Below, one piece after another: positions 50,520 through 63,451 of a stretch of 64,000 bases of DNA (within the stretch, counting starts at the first letter, position 1; every line of letters starts with the position of its first letter). Both the position numbers and the translations under genes were made by a program. The stretch lies in the NCBI RefSeq assembly GCF_011386835.1, contig NC_088791.1, positions 95,542,001-95,606,000 of the forward strand. Reading direction: 5' to 3'. Under the pieces are notes generated by a model. It saw nothing but the letters and a program-made list of their open reading frames with translations. It did no database searches and was not told the origin of the DNA. The stretch comes from Chrysemys picta bellii (taxonomy: Eukaryota).

Positions 50520-51230
50520 GCAAATAGGCTGGTATTTGACTGCCTGTACGTGACAAACTAAGTCTCCAATCACCTCAAGTGACATGTGCCTGTGACCAAC
50601 AATCTGTTCTGAAGGAGCTGGGACAGGCTGCTGCCTGACCCAAAGTGTAGTTCCTGCGCCTTATGCTGCTACATGTCATGGTCCTGCCCCACTACTACCT
50701 TGTAAATAGGGCTTGAATAAAGAGCTGGGATTTGACTGACTGCACATGACAAAATAAGTCTCAGGTCACCCCAAGTGACATGTCTCTATGACTGTCAGAC
50801 TGTTCTGAAGGAGCTGAAGCATGCTGCTTGCCGACCTGAAGTGTTCTTCTTCAGCAGTATGCTGCCACATGTCATGCTCCCACCCCATTTCCATTTTTTT
50901 ACATGGAGTTTGGATAAGGAGCTGGGGCTTGACATGCTGTACATGACAAAATACATCTTTGGGGCACCGCAAGTGATACGTCCCAGCAACCGTCGGACTG
51001 AAGAAGCTGGAGTGTGTGATTCATTGACCTGAAGCTTTGTTCTTGTGCAATAAGATGTCACATCTCCACCTTACTTATATTTTCTATATGGAGTTTGAAA
51101 AAGGAGCTGGGTTTTGACAGGGTATAGCTGACAAAATAAGTCGTGGGTCACCCCAGGGGACACAGTCTCTCAACTGTTAAACTGGTCTGATGGATTTGAG
51201 ACATGCAACTCCCTGACTTGAAACTTTTTC
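50520..51230. repeat. Degenerate tandem array, about four units of ~195 bp
   Basis: Anchor TGACAAA(A/C)TA at 50551, 50747, 50944 and 51129. Confidence 0.8.
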
Positions 51231-51369
51231 TATGAGAAAAATTGTGGCCCATATCACCAGCCCTCTCCCTCACCCCCCAAACACATACACACCTTTTAGA
51301 AGGGAATGGGAACAGGAATGGCAAACCGGACCGTTTCAGAAGGTGAATATGTGGATCCTATGCTTGCAG

Positions 51370-52950
51370 CTACAGGGACTTGGTGAGTGCTGTGTTTGTT
51401 CCATCTGTTTGTTTGTTCTCAATCAGGGTTGTATGGCTGGGCTATGGGCCCCTGAACTGCCTGGATGAGACAGATCTGTTTGTGTCTCAGTGAGGGCCTG
51501 GTGGCTGGATTTTGAACAGAACTAGTGTTTGATGTCTCTGAGTGGTTATTCCCGCCCTGTTTGCGAGGGAAGTTGCTGAACACTGAGGCTTAATATATAT
51601 CAGTTGCCAGGTGAACAAGAGTGACAAACCAGATAAATCTGAGTGGGGGTTTACAGAGGGATTGTGAAACCAGTTTTAGGTATGTCTTTACATAAGGTAG
51701 CAGATAGGGATGATGAGGGAACAACTGCTGTGACCTGCATTGGATGTGCTATGTTTTCCTCTTTGCTGGACGCCACAATAGATTTATCTGAGGCAATGAA
51801 GACTTCTTGGACAACCAGATTTGGAAATCATTGTCACAGACACCACAAGGTGATCAGTGATAAGAGACTTGGAGAAAGTAGAAACCAAAGAGGCAGTCTG
51901 TGACCAAGAGAGGAAAGAGAGTCAGGAGGCATTCAACCCAATGAGAAGTATCAAAATATTTTCAGGTAGCAAATCTACTATATAAGAATCTTTTCTCTGA
52001 TGAATGGAACAGAAAGCTACAGGGGACATACCTGATGAGTGTCCTTACCATATGAAATAAGCAGCTACCAAGAGAGGTTCTTCAGCCATCCTAAGAATGC
52101 AAATAATCAACATCAGCGACTCCATATTAAGAAGAGCAGACAGAAAATTAAGCAAGGGGCAGAAGGACAATAGAACGGTATGCTGTCTTCCTGGAGTGAA
52201 GATATGAGAGGTAACTGTAGAGTTAGACAGGTTTATGAAGTTGTCTGGCAACTGATGATGATACACATTGGAACCCATGACAAGCATCACATAGAACTAC
52301 CCAGATTATAGAAGACCTTAGACATCTTGGAAGTGAGTGGAAGAAAAGGAAAGTTTAAGTGATCTTCTTGGAGATCATACTGGTCCCTTGAGTGAGAGAA
52401 GGCAGAAAATACTGGAGGTGAATTGTTGGCTGCACGGTTGGTGTGAGGCTGAAGGTGTTGGATTTGTTGAACCTTTCAGTGGGAGAGAGGCCGTACAATC
52501 AGGATGGGCTGCATCTCACAGGTAGGAAGCTAACCTTGAATGCAGATGAACTGGAACAGCTAGGAGGCCATTAAACTACCAATGCAAGGGGAGGGTGCTA
52601 AGGAGGCAAATGCAGTACAAAAGTTCAGACTTGACATCGTGAAAAAATTGGACTGATGTGGCAAAGAGAAGACATTTTTCAATTCAATTCAATATATATA
52701 TCAGTGCTAGGAGTCTGGGTAACGAGTAACAGGAAGTAGAAATTCTCAATGATGAGAAAAAAAGTATATAATTGACATTACTGAAACCTGGTGGGACAAT
52801 TCACATGACTGGTTATATCCTGTTTCGGAAGTATAGAGTTGGTAAAAGAGGTGTGTGCCTTACAATGAGAGATTTAGAGAGCTCAGTCTGTTTAGTGTAT
52901 CAAAAAGAAGATTGAGACATGACTTGATTATGGTGTATAAATACCTTCAC
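51370..52950 (+). mobile_element. Degenerate CR1 5' half: ORF1 (CxxC start, esterase-like end) and start of the ORF2 endonuclease
   Basis: AVTCIGCAMF (~51745); ILEVNCWLHGWCEAEG and gatgggctgcatctc (DGLHL); actgaaacctggtggga (TETWW). Confidence 0.65.
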
Positions 52951-52952
52951 AT

Positions 52953-53311
52953 TAGAGGTCTGCACAGGCCTAAGTTTTAAGCCTGACTGGACTTGGACTC
53001 TGAGTCCAAGAGGGTCAAGTCATTTTCCAACCCATCCTCAACCCCTCGAACCTGAGACAGCGCCACCTCCTGTAACCTGTCCACGTGGTCGACACGAGCC
53101 CTGTGGCTGCTTGGCACGCTCACTCCGCAGCAGATACAGTGCAGCAAGGTGGTGGTGACTGGCAGGAGCGGGGCAGGCAGGGACAGAAAATGAGGAGCGG
53201 AGCTGACCCAACCCAAGCCCAAGAGGGTCGGGTTGTTTTCCAATCTGACCTGATCCGAACCTGACACTTCTCATCGGATCCCATCGGGTTTGGGTCAGGT
53301 GCAGGGCTCTA
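52953..53311. mobile_element. 359-bp hAT MITE
   Basis: TIR TAGAGGTCTGCAC/GTGCAGGGCTCTA; perfect 8-bp TSD CTTCACAT (52945-52952, 53312-53319). Confidence 0.88.
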
Positions 53312-53769
53312 CTTCACATGGACAAAATATTGGGTACTAAAGGCTCTTTAATCTAGCAGAGAGAGGCAGAACAAGAACCAATAGCTGGAAGCTTAAGCCA
53401 CACTCCATTTAGGGCACAGGAGGCAATCACCTCCCAACTTTAGGGAAATCTGAACTTCACAGCTGCCCATATTTTGGCGAGTGGCATATCTCAGGGCCCA
53501 GCTCCTTCATGGCAGTTTGATGGTCACAGGGACATGTCACTTTGCGGTGATCTGAAATGTTTGTTATATACAGCCAGTACCAATTACTAATTTAAATGTT
53601 TATCACATTCCATCATGTTAATTTGATAACAGTTCTAAAACGTTAACCGTACATTGATACGTTTTAAAAATAATTTTGGCCTTTAAATAAGGAGCTGGTA
53701 CCACAAATAAGAAATAAGGAATAAGGAACAAATCCACCAGTCGCTTGCAAAAGTGTTCTGGGACTAGCA

Positions 53770-53870
53770 GCTAGCAAGGGAGGAGGGGTGCAGGGGAGGA
53801 GGAGGGAGAAGAGGGGGTGGAGTTTTTAGAGCTGTCTCAATCCAGACAGCTGATTGGCTGAGAACCAGAT
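53770..53870 (+). promoter_or_regulatory. Putative TST proximal promoter (GA-rich tract and reverse CCAAT, ctgattggct)
   Basis: Motifs 130-220 nt upstream of the TST ATG; no CpG island. Confidence 0.35.
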
Positions 53871-53993
53871 ACCAGAAGCTGGGATTCCGGTAGACTTAGC
53901 TCCTCCCCATATCACCCCTGTGGTGGTACAGTTCCTGCATTCACATACAGTGCTAAGCTCTCAGTTCACGGCACAAACACAGTCTTGGACACA

Positions 53994-54588
53994 ATGGTGC
54001 AGCAAGTACTGTACAGAGCTCTGGTCTCCACCAAGTGGCTCTCAGAATCTGTCCTGGCCAAACGGATTGGGCCCAGCCTGCGTGTGCTAGATGCATCCTG
54101 GTACCCTCCTGGGGAGAGGGATGCACAGCAGGAGTTCCGAGACAGGCATGTACCTGGCGCCTCATTTTTCGATATCGAGGAGTGTAAAGATAAGTCGTCG
54201 CCCTATGAGCTCATGCTTCCCAGTGAGGCACACTTCGCCGACTACGTTGGGCACCTGGGGATCAGCAATGACACGCATGTGGTGGTGTATGATGGGGATG
54301 ACTTGGGGAGCTTCTATGCACCCCGAGCCTGGTGGATGTTCCGAGTCTTCGGGCACAGAACGGTTTCCGTGCTGAACGGTGGGTTCAAGAACTGGGTGAA
54401 GGAGGGTCACCCTGTGACATCAGAGATCAGCCGGCCAGAGCCAGCAGTGTTTAAGGCCACCTTGGACAGGTCCCTGCTGAAGACCTATACAGACATGGTA
54501 GAGAACATGAAATCCAAGCGGTTCCAGGTGGTGGATTCCAGGTCTGAGGGGAGGTACCGGGGGACAGAACCAGAACCAGGGAATGAAG
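53994..54588 (+). CDS. TST: TST first coding exon
   Basis: ATG at 53994 (acaATGg); AAG|gtagga donor; 595 nt. Confidence 0.96.
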
Positions 54589-56499
54589 GTAGGAGCAGCA
54601 CTTGGCGTCTCTTTCAACTACAGCTGGATGTTTGCTCAGGCACTACCCCTCCTCCCTGCTAACAAACACACCTTGCAGTAATGCATGCTCGCAACTCACA
54701 CCTCTCCTCACTGACACTTGCACTAATGGCACCCAAATTTCAGCAAACAGATCAGAATCTACTCCGAGTTCAGGGCTGTTCAGATCTAGGGTTTTCTTTG
54801 GACCTGTTATAAAGATGAGCAGCTGTGAAGTTCAGATCCAGTCACAAACTTCCCTGAAGTCTGGAGGTGTTTGTCCCCTGTGCCCTATTGCCCCCTTGCA
54901 GAGTTAATCATACTGCTGTTGTGGGAGAATAGGGCCTCCTTATCTAATGTTAACAGATGCACACATAACTGGTTTTCATGCTTGCACTTTGCCTTCCTTG
55001 TACACACCAGAAAAATGCCCAAGCTGCTATAAGCACAGCTCATTTTTCCTTGTAACATGAGAGATCTGTTTTCCCTTGAGGGATAAATCCAATTCCCCAG
55101 TCGACGGAGAACTTGCTTGACTGGCTGTTTGCCCTTTGGATCCTTACCATATAAACCCAACCATTTTAAAGAGAGAGAGAGAGTCCCAAACTCTATCCCA
55201 GAGGCTCCTCCCCTCCTCCCCTCCCTTTCCCTGACAAGCAGCATGGTTTGCCAACTGTAACTTTATCAGCCTGAACAAAGAGCTAGAGCTGCCGCAGTGG
55301 GAGTGGGGAGAGACTGTGTGTCTAGGGAGAGTTTATATAGAAACATGCCTGGAATGGAATTTTGCTCAATTTGAAGTTGAAGGAAAACACTCTTATTGCC
55401 AAATCTAAGCATTCACATAGCACAAAAACAACCATAGGAATCATAGGAATAACTTAAAAATCATGAGAGCTCTTTAAATCCCAGGATTTTTTGCTCCGCC
55501 TTCTGATTTCTGAACACCTAGCAGAAAGCCTGTCAAATTGTGCATATGCACCAAGATTGTTGTTGTTCTTATTTCTAGAGAGCCAGACGTGTGTGCAGGG
55601 TGTTTTACAGTTAGAAAGTGAGAGAGGAGCCTGCCCAGAGTTTAACTTGTGCCAAGGTTTGCATCTCTGGGGTTGGCAGTTCATAGCCCCGGCACCTCTG
55701 GGCTTGCTGCTTCACTTATGAAAGTAAAAAAATTGCTTGAGCTCCAGCACCTAATTGCTTCAGCCCCAGCACCTCTTTCATTACAAATTAAGCACTGGGC
55801 CTGCCCCAAAAAGATTACAATCTAAGGTCCTGATCCTCCAGTCGGATCCATGCAGGCAGACCCCTGAGCCCATCCAGAGCTCCATTGACTTTGGTGGGGC
55901 TGTACATGGGCACAGGGCTCCACATCTGTGGATCCAGTTGCAGGACTGGGATTTAAATGAGACAACACAAGGTGGGATGAGCGGAAGAGGAGGTACGGCA
56001 TGACAAGGGTTACAGCAGTGAAAAATCATGAGATGTGCTTGTGGTTAGTTCCCTTTTTTAGTGTCTTAAGATCTGGGATTGCATCTGAGTTCAGTAAGTG
56101 GAGGTTGAAATTCAATCTGAAATGCACACAAAATGCTCCTCGCTGGTGACAGATGGATTCCACATTCCTTCTCCCTGACCCCTGGAGTGGAAGTAGGGAG
56201 TTGTCATCAGCCTGCAAATGCTGTAAGAACTCCAACATTTCAGTGACTATTCATTCCGAGTTTTGAATTAGTTCCCTGGGAGCGGGTTGGTCCCCCTTTT
56301 GTGTTTGTTTTCTGCAAGTATTCCAGCAGAGGAGCCTTCCAGGCACATATACACACCCACAGCACAGCATGATTGATAAGTTGCTAAAAGCTGTTTTCAA
56401 ATCAGTTAACACCCAGAGTGCAAACTGCACATTGTAAAATACAGAACTTACATTCAACTGTGCAATCTGAAATCTATGCTGTTGTTGGCTGATTACACA

Positions 56500-57111
56500 G
56501 GTCATTGCCATAGGGCGTAGCTACCCCATAGTGCCAAAGTGTGGCACTGCCAGCACGCCCTGCCTCAGTTTCCTTCCCTAGGGTGGATTTCCTCAGTTCT
56601 CCACACACCAGTCTGTGCTGGAGATATGGCATAGCCCTCTGTCCAAATCACAGACAGGGGAACAAAAGACCAGCTAAAAGGCCCAACAAATAAAAAAGCT
56701 TTTCTTCCCTTCAGCCCAGCCTCTGGACTCTGTTCCCAACCCCTTTTTGGGCTACCTGTGCCAGTGTTTATGGCTCTGGCATAGGGCCCTCCACCCTCAG
56801 GCTGGTTCCCCTGAAATACTATTTTCAGCCCCTTCTGGGCTCTGTTCCTTGCAGCCTTCCCTATTCTGATATAGGGCACTGGGTTCCCTGAACTCTATAG
56901 ACCCTGGCTTGAGGCCTTCCATAGGAACCTGCCCCACTCCCTGTGTTTCCACCAGCAGAGTGAGCTCTCTCAGTCCTTTTATAAGGCCCACATGATCATT
57001 AAAGTATCACCTGACCCTTTAGTCCCACCCCCTCAGGTTGGGAAGCAGATAATTAATTATGACACAGTTGTTGCTCATTTGCCCTTACAGGGACTAGTCA
57101 CTCTGTGACAG
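56500..57111 (+). mobile_element. LTR-like repeat in the TST intron
   Basis: ccttttataagg box, atcacctga motif and cactctgtgaca end shared with other copies. Confidence 0.4.
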
Positions 57112-60022
57112 TCAACCAATCAGGAACTGAAACAAGGGCATGTGGCTTAGAGAAGAAGTGGCCTGGTCCTTAGGAGACCGAGGTTCCATTACTGGCTCCG
57201 CTATTGACTTCCTTAAGTCACTTCACCTCTCTGTGCCTCAAGGCCCCATCTGTAAAATGGGGATAATTCTCTCCTTTCTCCCACCTTTTGTTTGTTAGAC
57301 TGTAAGCTCCTTGGGGCAGGGACTGTCCTTCTCTATGTGTTTTGAAACAGCATCTAGCACGATGGGGCTCTGATCTTGGGTGGGGGCTCCCAGTGCTACC
57401 ATAAATCAAATAAACAATCATAATAATTAATAACTAATTTACAAGCAATGTCACATTTAAAATATTTGGCACAAACCACCTGATCAGCAAGAATTATTTG
57501 CTTAAGAACTCATGAATAAATACACTTGAGACTCTCTCTGTTTCTTGGCAGACAACAGAAAAAGAGGGTCAACTTTCCAAATTAATTGTTTGTTAGGAAC
57601 TATTGCCCAGATCCCCATGGAGGGCACGTGAACCCCCCCCTTTCAAGGAGGCTATCCCCTGTGCTGCCCCTTCTGCTTGAGGCCCCCCTCTTACTCCACC
57701 CCTCTTCCACGTCCCCCCCCTCGACCCCCGGAGCCAGAGGAGCCCCACTGTGGCCAGAGGATCCCAGCTGAGCTGCCCCAAACCCAGCCTGCCTGCCCCA
57801 GCCACTCCAAGTCCCCAGCCGCCGGCCGGCCCAAGCCCCCACCGGCTTCGGGGGAGAGGCAGAATGAGGGTAGGAAGAGAAGCAGCGTGGGCAGGGGATG
57901 AGTGGGACGTGGGAGGTGGGCCTCAGGGCGGAGCGTGGGCAGGGCCACGGCTTGGCTGTTTGGAGAGACTTAGCCTCCCCTTGCCCATGCAGATCCCTGT
58001 CATCCTTCCGCTTTTCTTTTCTCCTGCTACTCTTCAACCCCATCCCCTGTATTCTCTGCCTCCTCTGCTTCCCTGCCCCTCCCATTCTCCAGAATTTCAT
58101 TGCTCCTTGCGCTCCATATACTGCTTTCTGCTCACCCTGAAAGACCCAGGGAGGAGAGAGGGATGGGACTCAGAGGACATTTCTATGCTATTTAGCAGCT
58201 TGAGGATTGAGCGTCTGTTTTCAGACAATATTTGATTAACTCACTTTGTATTGTTTTTGCTAGGTGTGAACGCACACTGAGACTGCTCTGATGGACACGC
58301 TGTTAATAATTAAAAACATAAATCAAAATAAATCAGATCTCTAGATGTAGGCCACCTGTGGGCTTGGGTCAGGAAACACCCAAGGACTGAAACAGCAGTT
58401 CAAATCAATATATATTTCTTAATTAAAAAAAAAGCCAGGAGTGCAAATTGTTCTCAGCTCAGCATTTGCCAGCCAATGCTCAGCCTGTTTTCAAGGGAAG
58501 TGTGTGGATACTGCTGGGAGCTGGAGCCAGTTTCTAAGGCGCTCAGAGGAGACAAATCAAGAAGCAAATGAGACGAATAATGTCCGTCTGGAATAGTGGG
58601 TGATCACACAATCACAGAGCAGCCTTCCAAAGGGACCTAGCACTGTCACAGATTCTGCCTCCCAACCCTCTAGCTTTACCTGTGGGACAAAATAACATGC
58701 CACAGTCTTTGCAACGTCACATTGTGATGCTGCATCCATGAGTGATGAAACTGCAACATCATCACATAGAGACACAACATTGTGATGCTGAGTTATGTTG
58801 CAAGGTCATGGCATTGTGAGGCCTGAAATTAATAGGTGACTCTGTGGGATGGGGGACAAATCTATGACCATCAGGACCATCCCGCTGAATTTGGGACTGG
58901 TAGTGACCTGACTTTAAGACGTAGATTATTATCTGATTGTCCCACAACATGTCTCTTTCAGGCTCTTTGGAGATTCAAACCTGTCTCACTCACTGGAGAC
59001 TAATTTCAAGCCAGTGTTTAAAGTCTCCTTCTCTTGTAGGGCCTGATCCAAAGCCCATTAAAATCAATGGAAAGACTCCCATTGACTTCAGTGGGTTTGG
59101 ATCAGGCCCATAATGGAGTTTGCTGCGTGTTTCAGTGAGGCATTTAAAATCTCATTCATCATTTTTGAAGCCTCTCTCACACGAACGGCCTTACCCTGGG
59201 GTCACATTCTCAGCTGGCACAAATTAGCAGAACTTCCTTGAAGTAACTTACACCAGCAGAAAGTCTGACCTTCATTGACACCAATGCAGAGTAGATTTAA
59301 AATGTGACAAAAATCTAAATTCTCCACTCATACTAGTGGTGATGTTTTACCCGCACTTGGCCCTGCTGTAAATGACTAGCCAGTGGTGACCCTAAATGCT
59401 CCAGACCTGACAACTCTCTTCTCTAGAAGACCATCTGTGAGCGACACACCCAAATGCGGGGCTCAGCACAGTTTTCATGATATTTCTGGCTTCTGACTGT
59501 TCGCATCACCTCCACCCAACATTGCTGGCAGCAGAAATAATTTCATAAACTCTGGGAGTCAAATTCACCACTGACATAAGCACATGCAACTCTAGTGAAT
59601 TTAGCCCATATAGGCAATGGTAGAGGCCACTGGATCTTCCAATCTGATCCTTTCTTACATATTTTGTTGGGTTTCTCTTTACACCAGGCCATGAATATCT
59701 GCTCTAGCCTGCTCTTGAATTTCAGCAGTGATGGTACCTCTGGCCATGAAGAATCTTAGGCCCAAATCCTCAAAGGAATTTAGGTGCCTAACTCCCCTTG
59801 AAATCAATGCACTCAAATACCTTTGAGGATCTGGGCCGTAGCGTCTTAGCCAAGGTTTTTACTTCTGTAACTTGTAGCTTGTCACTCTGTACCCGCAATG
59901 TCATCTCAGAAGTGAAGTAGTCCCTTGAAGGGATTTATAGGCTATGAGCGTGCCATGTTATGTGGATGTCTTTTGAATGCTCTCCTCACACGTCCTTTTC
60001 TCTCTCCCTGGGGGTGTTTTAG

Positions 60023-60321
60023 GGCTTGAACCAGGTCACATCCCCGGCTCGCTGAACATGCCCTTCTTTAAATTCCTCACTGAAGCCGGCTTTGAGAAGA
60101 GCCCAGAGGAGATTCGGAGTATGTTCCAGGAGAAGAAGGTGGACCTCTCGCAGCCACTCATTGCCACGTGCCGTAAGGGGGTCACGGCGTGCCACATTGC
60201 CCTGGCGGCGTACCTCTGTGGCAAGCCAGATGTGGCCATCTATGATGGATCCTGGTCAGAGTGGTTCCGCCGGGCCCCGCCAGAGCACAAGCTCTCTGAG
60301 TGGAAGCGCAACAAGGCATAA
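60023..60321 (+). CDS. TST: TST last exon ([14 protein letters not shown]...TCRKGVTAC...KRNKA*)
   Basis: gttttag| acceptor; 299 nt; TAA at 60319-60321. Confidence 0.97.
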
Positions 60322-60419
60322 AGGGGGAGAGGTTGCAATGCAGTCCTTGAGCATTCATTGAGAGTGGGGTTTGTCAACTCCCTTCATTCAAGGGAGCTGG
60401 AAACGAGGGGAATGAATGT

Positions 60420-60515
60420 AATAAATTCTCTCTCTGTTATAGTTAATCTAGTTTTGTAAGAACAATTAATAGGTTTTTGGTCTATCTTTCTTTTTTAATC
60501 GCGCCACTGAATAAA
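60420..60515 (+). terminator. Two tandem TST polyadenylation signals (60420-60425, 60510-60515)
   Basis: Two AATAAA hexamers, each followed by T/GT-rich sequence. Confidence 0.55.
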
Positions 60516-61854
60516 ATCTCTGCCTTCCGATTATGTGTCTGTATGTGCCTCTAATCCTCCCCAGTGACTGTGGGACCTCATCATTCTGTGATGTTACAAT
60601 GTGCGGCTGAACAGCCACGTTCCACGGGGGAAAGTTATGCTCTCCCATGAGAGGTTCTGAGAAATCCCAGCTGGGTTAGGAACTACTGAAGCCAAGTTAC
60701 CAACTCCCCCAAAGAAATGGGTAGCACAGCCTTGTGGGGAAAGCACAGGGCTGGACATCAAACATGGTAGGTTCTAATCCTGTGTGACCTTGGGCAAATC
60801 ACTTAACCTCTCTTTCCTATTCTGTAAAAGGGGGGTAATGACACCTCCCTCCTGGGGAGTGTATGAGGCACAGTTAACACCATCTGGAGATGCTTGGGTG
60901 GAAAATGCAGTAGAAGTGCTAAGTCCTATTAATTATTATTTTATTATGTGAGCCACTAAGGATCCCCACACACGTGCTGAAAACTGTTGGGCCTGTGCTC
61001 TTTCTGAGACATGAGCTTTTTCCCCCAAAGATAAAACCGAACTGTGCCTTGTTTATTTTGGTTCCCATAGTAACTACAGCTCATAGATGGGGAGGGTTGT
61101 TCCCTAGCAACCATCCCTGATGCTTACTCTTAGTTCCACCTCTTTGCCTGCACTTCTGGACTTCAGCAGGACCTGCCTGGTTAGACGAATCACTTTGTCA
61201 TCTCAACTGAGACCATGGAACAGGTGAGAGAGACATTTATAAGAAAGGCTTCACCTCTGAGCCTCATTCTGGAAACTCAGTGCCCCCTCCACCCCGCTTC
61301 AGAGACATTGAAACTCAGACAGACACACAAACAAAAAAAGGATGAGCCAATCAAAGACAACATTTCATATGTATTGCCACATTGCTTTTCAGGCCTGAGG
61401 CAGCACAGTGATCGCACTGTCTTTTTGATGCCAGTCCAGACCACATGTGGCAGGCGTGTGGGGCTATTCTTGGCCACCTCTGGCAGCTGATCCTGAGCCC
61501 CATTTGGCATGCGATACCAGGCCACTTCTGGCAGGTGTATAGTTCATCTATAATAATAATAGTGCTTTTCCCAGCCAGAGACCTTGTGAGAATGGCACAG
61601 CAATACCTTCAGCAGCCTGAAAAGGTTAGTCTTTAGCTCCATTGGGACAAGTCCCTTATTTCTCCTTGGTCAGTGGGAGTCAGAATGGCAGGAGAGTATG
61701 AACACGGTGAAAATACCCGAGGAATTATGCTAATAATTTATGTGGCATCTTCAGAAAAAGGCAGAGATAAAAGTTTGGTCATTTTATAGCTCTGTGGTCA
61801 GGAGTTGTTTTTTTTATAACATGTGCATGTGGGTAAGGAATGGTGTCCCTAGCC

Positions 61855-62015
61855 TCTGTTTGTCAGAGAGTGGAGATGGATGGCAGGAGAGAGATCACTT
61901 GATCATTACCTGTTAGGTTCACTCCATCTGGGGCACCTGGCATTGGCCACTGTCGGCAGGCAGGATACTAGGCTGGATGGACCTTTGGTCTGACCCAGTA
62001 TGACTGTTCTTATGT
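61855..62015 (+). mobile_element. CR1 3'-end fragment
   Basis: Closely matches ~49530-49693; ends gttcttatgttc. Confidence 0.8.
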
Positions 62016-63451
62016 TCATGTACAGTGCCTAGCACAGTGGGCTCAATCTAGGAGACTCTGGATGAAATTCTGTGGCTTGTGCTATCTCGGAGGTCAGGCT
62101 AGATGATTGAACGGTCCCTTGTGGCCTTAAGAGCTATCGATGTTTGAATGGGGCCTCGAGTTCAGTCGGAGCCTCTAGGCACTGCTGTAAGAAAAATACT
62201 AAATACGAATAATAATAGGTAATTAGTTCAAATCCCAGAAAAGAGGATCTGCATGTGAACTTTAAAGTCACTCAGCTCGCCGGAAGCTGGAGTAATCAGA
62301 GTTACTAAGGAATGTGCTTTGCGGTACAAGGAAAGCAGTGGAGGCAATACCCCAAGCCTTCTGAGTCAAAGGGTGACCCACAAATGGGAGACTTGCGGGC
62401 CTGCCCTCTTCCCATGGACATAAGAATAATGGTGGTAACTTGATTCAGCTCTAGGTGGGAAGCAGGAGTTAACATAGGAGCTAAGTGGGGGAGATCCATT
62501 TAGTTAACACCGAGTCCTGCAATCTGATAAAAATACAATTAAAATGCTCTTAAAAGAGATTGAAAATAATACAGAAAAAGAACGTAATTCTGTCCCATGG
62601 AGCAATCATGTGCCCTCACTCAGGGCCTGATCTAATGGCCAGAAAGTCAATTGGACTGTTGGAACAGGGCCTTGGGAGCCCTGCATTCGGGTTTGGCCAG
62701 CCAACGTGTAAGATGAATAGGGGGCAGAGAAGAGCAAGGACAAAGGTTAGAGGCGTGGGTGGGATTTGCATATGACAGCTCCTTCCCCACAGAATGCAGT
62801 CAGTCTGGGGAGTCTGCTGCCATCGAAGGGCACAGAGTAAAATACAGTAGCTGTTTTTTTTAACAAAAGGGCTGGCTAATTTGTTGACAAATAGCATTTG
62901 CAGTTATCGTGGCTTGGGTGAGGGTAGTCAAAGCAAAGCATAAAATGATCACTGCACAGGTCAGTGCTATGCACATCCCCTCCCCACCTTTGTCTTGTCT
63001 GTTTAGACCTTAAGCCCTTTGGGGCAGGGACAGCCTCTCACTGTGTTTGTACAGCACCTGGCACAACGGGGTCCTGATCTTGGCTGAGCCCTCTAGGAGC
63101 CACTGTAATATACATACCAAATAATAATGTTTTTAATGCCCTCTGCCTATGGCAAATGGCATTCTACAGACATTGATTATACACCATTACAGGCTGTAGC
63201 CTTTTGGACCAGTCCTGTAGAACACTGTATCGTTTTTTTGTAAGAGAGGATTATGGATTTGATGAACCAATCGGCTGCTCTGGCGTGGTAATTCCTAGAC
63301 TGATCCGGTGCAGCAAATTCTATGTTAACCTGGTGTGGCACCCCGTCTATTTGGTTGGGCCGTGTCTTACTTCTGACAAACAACCAGCCTAACCCAAATT
63401 CTTGGCTCCTGCTCTATGCCTACCTAACACAGCCTTTGTTGTTCTTTCAAG

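Larger units (their letters stand above)
53994..60321 (+). other. TST: Gene span: thiosulfate sulfurtransferase (rhodanese), 297 aa (595+299 nt coding exons)
   Basis: Active-site loop CRKGVT is diagnostic of rhodanese; N-terminus [16 protein letters not shown]. Confidence 0.97.

Noticed and set aside
50520-51230. Tandem array as a CRISPR-like repeat-spacer locus
   Set aside because: Eukaryotic context; whole ~195-bp units are similar rather than short identical repeats with unique spacers; no cas genes
57586-58235. GC-rich patch with several overlapping ORFs in the TST intron
   Set aside because: Low-complexity Pro/Gly/Arg translations; no TIR/TSD or splice structure that I could verify
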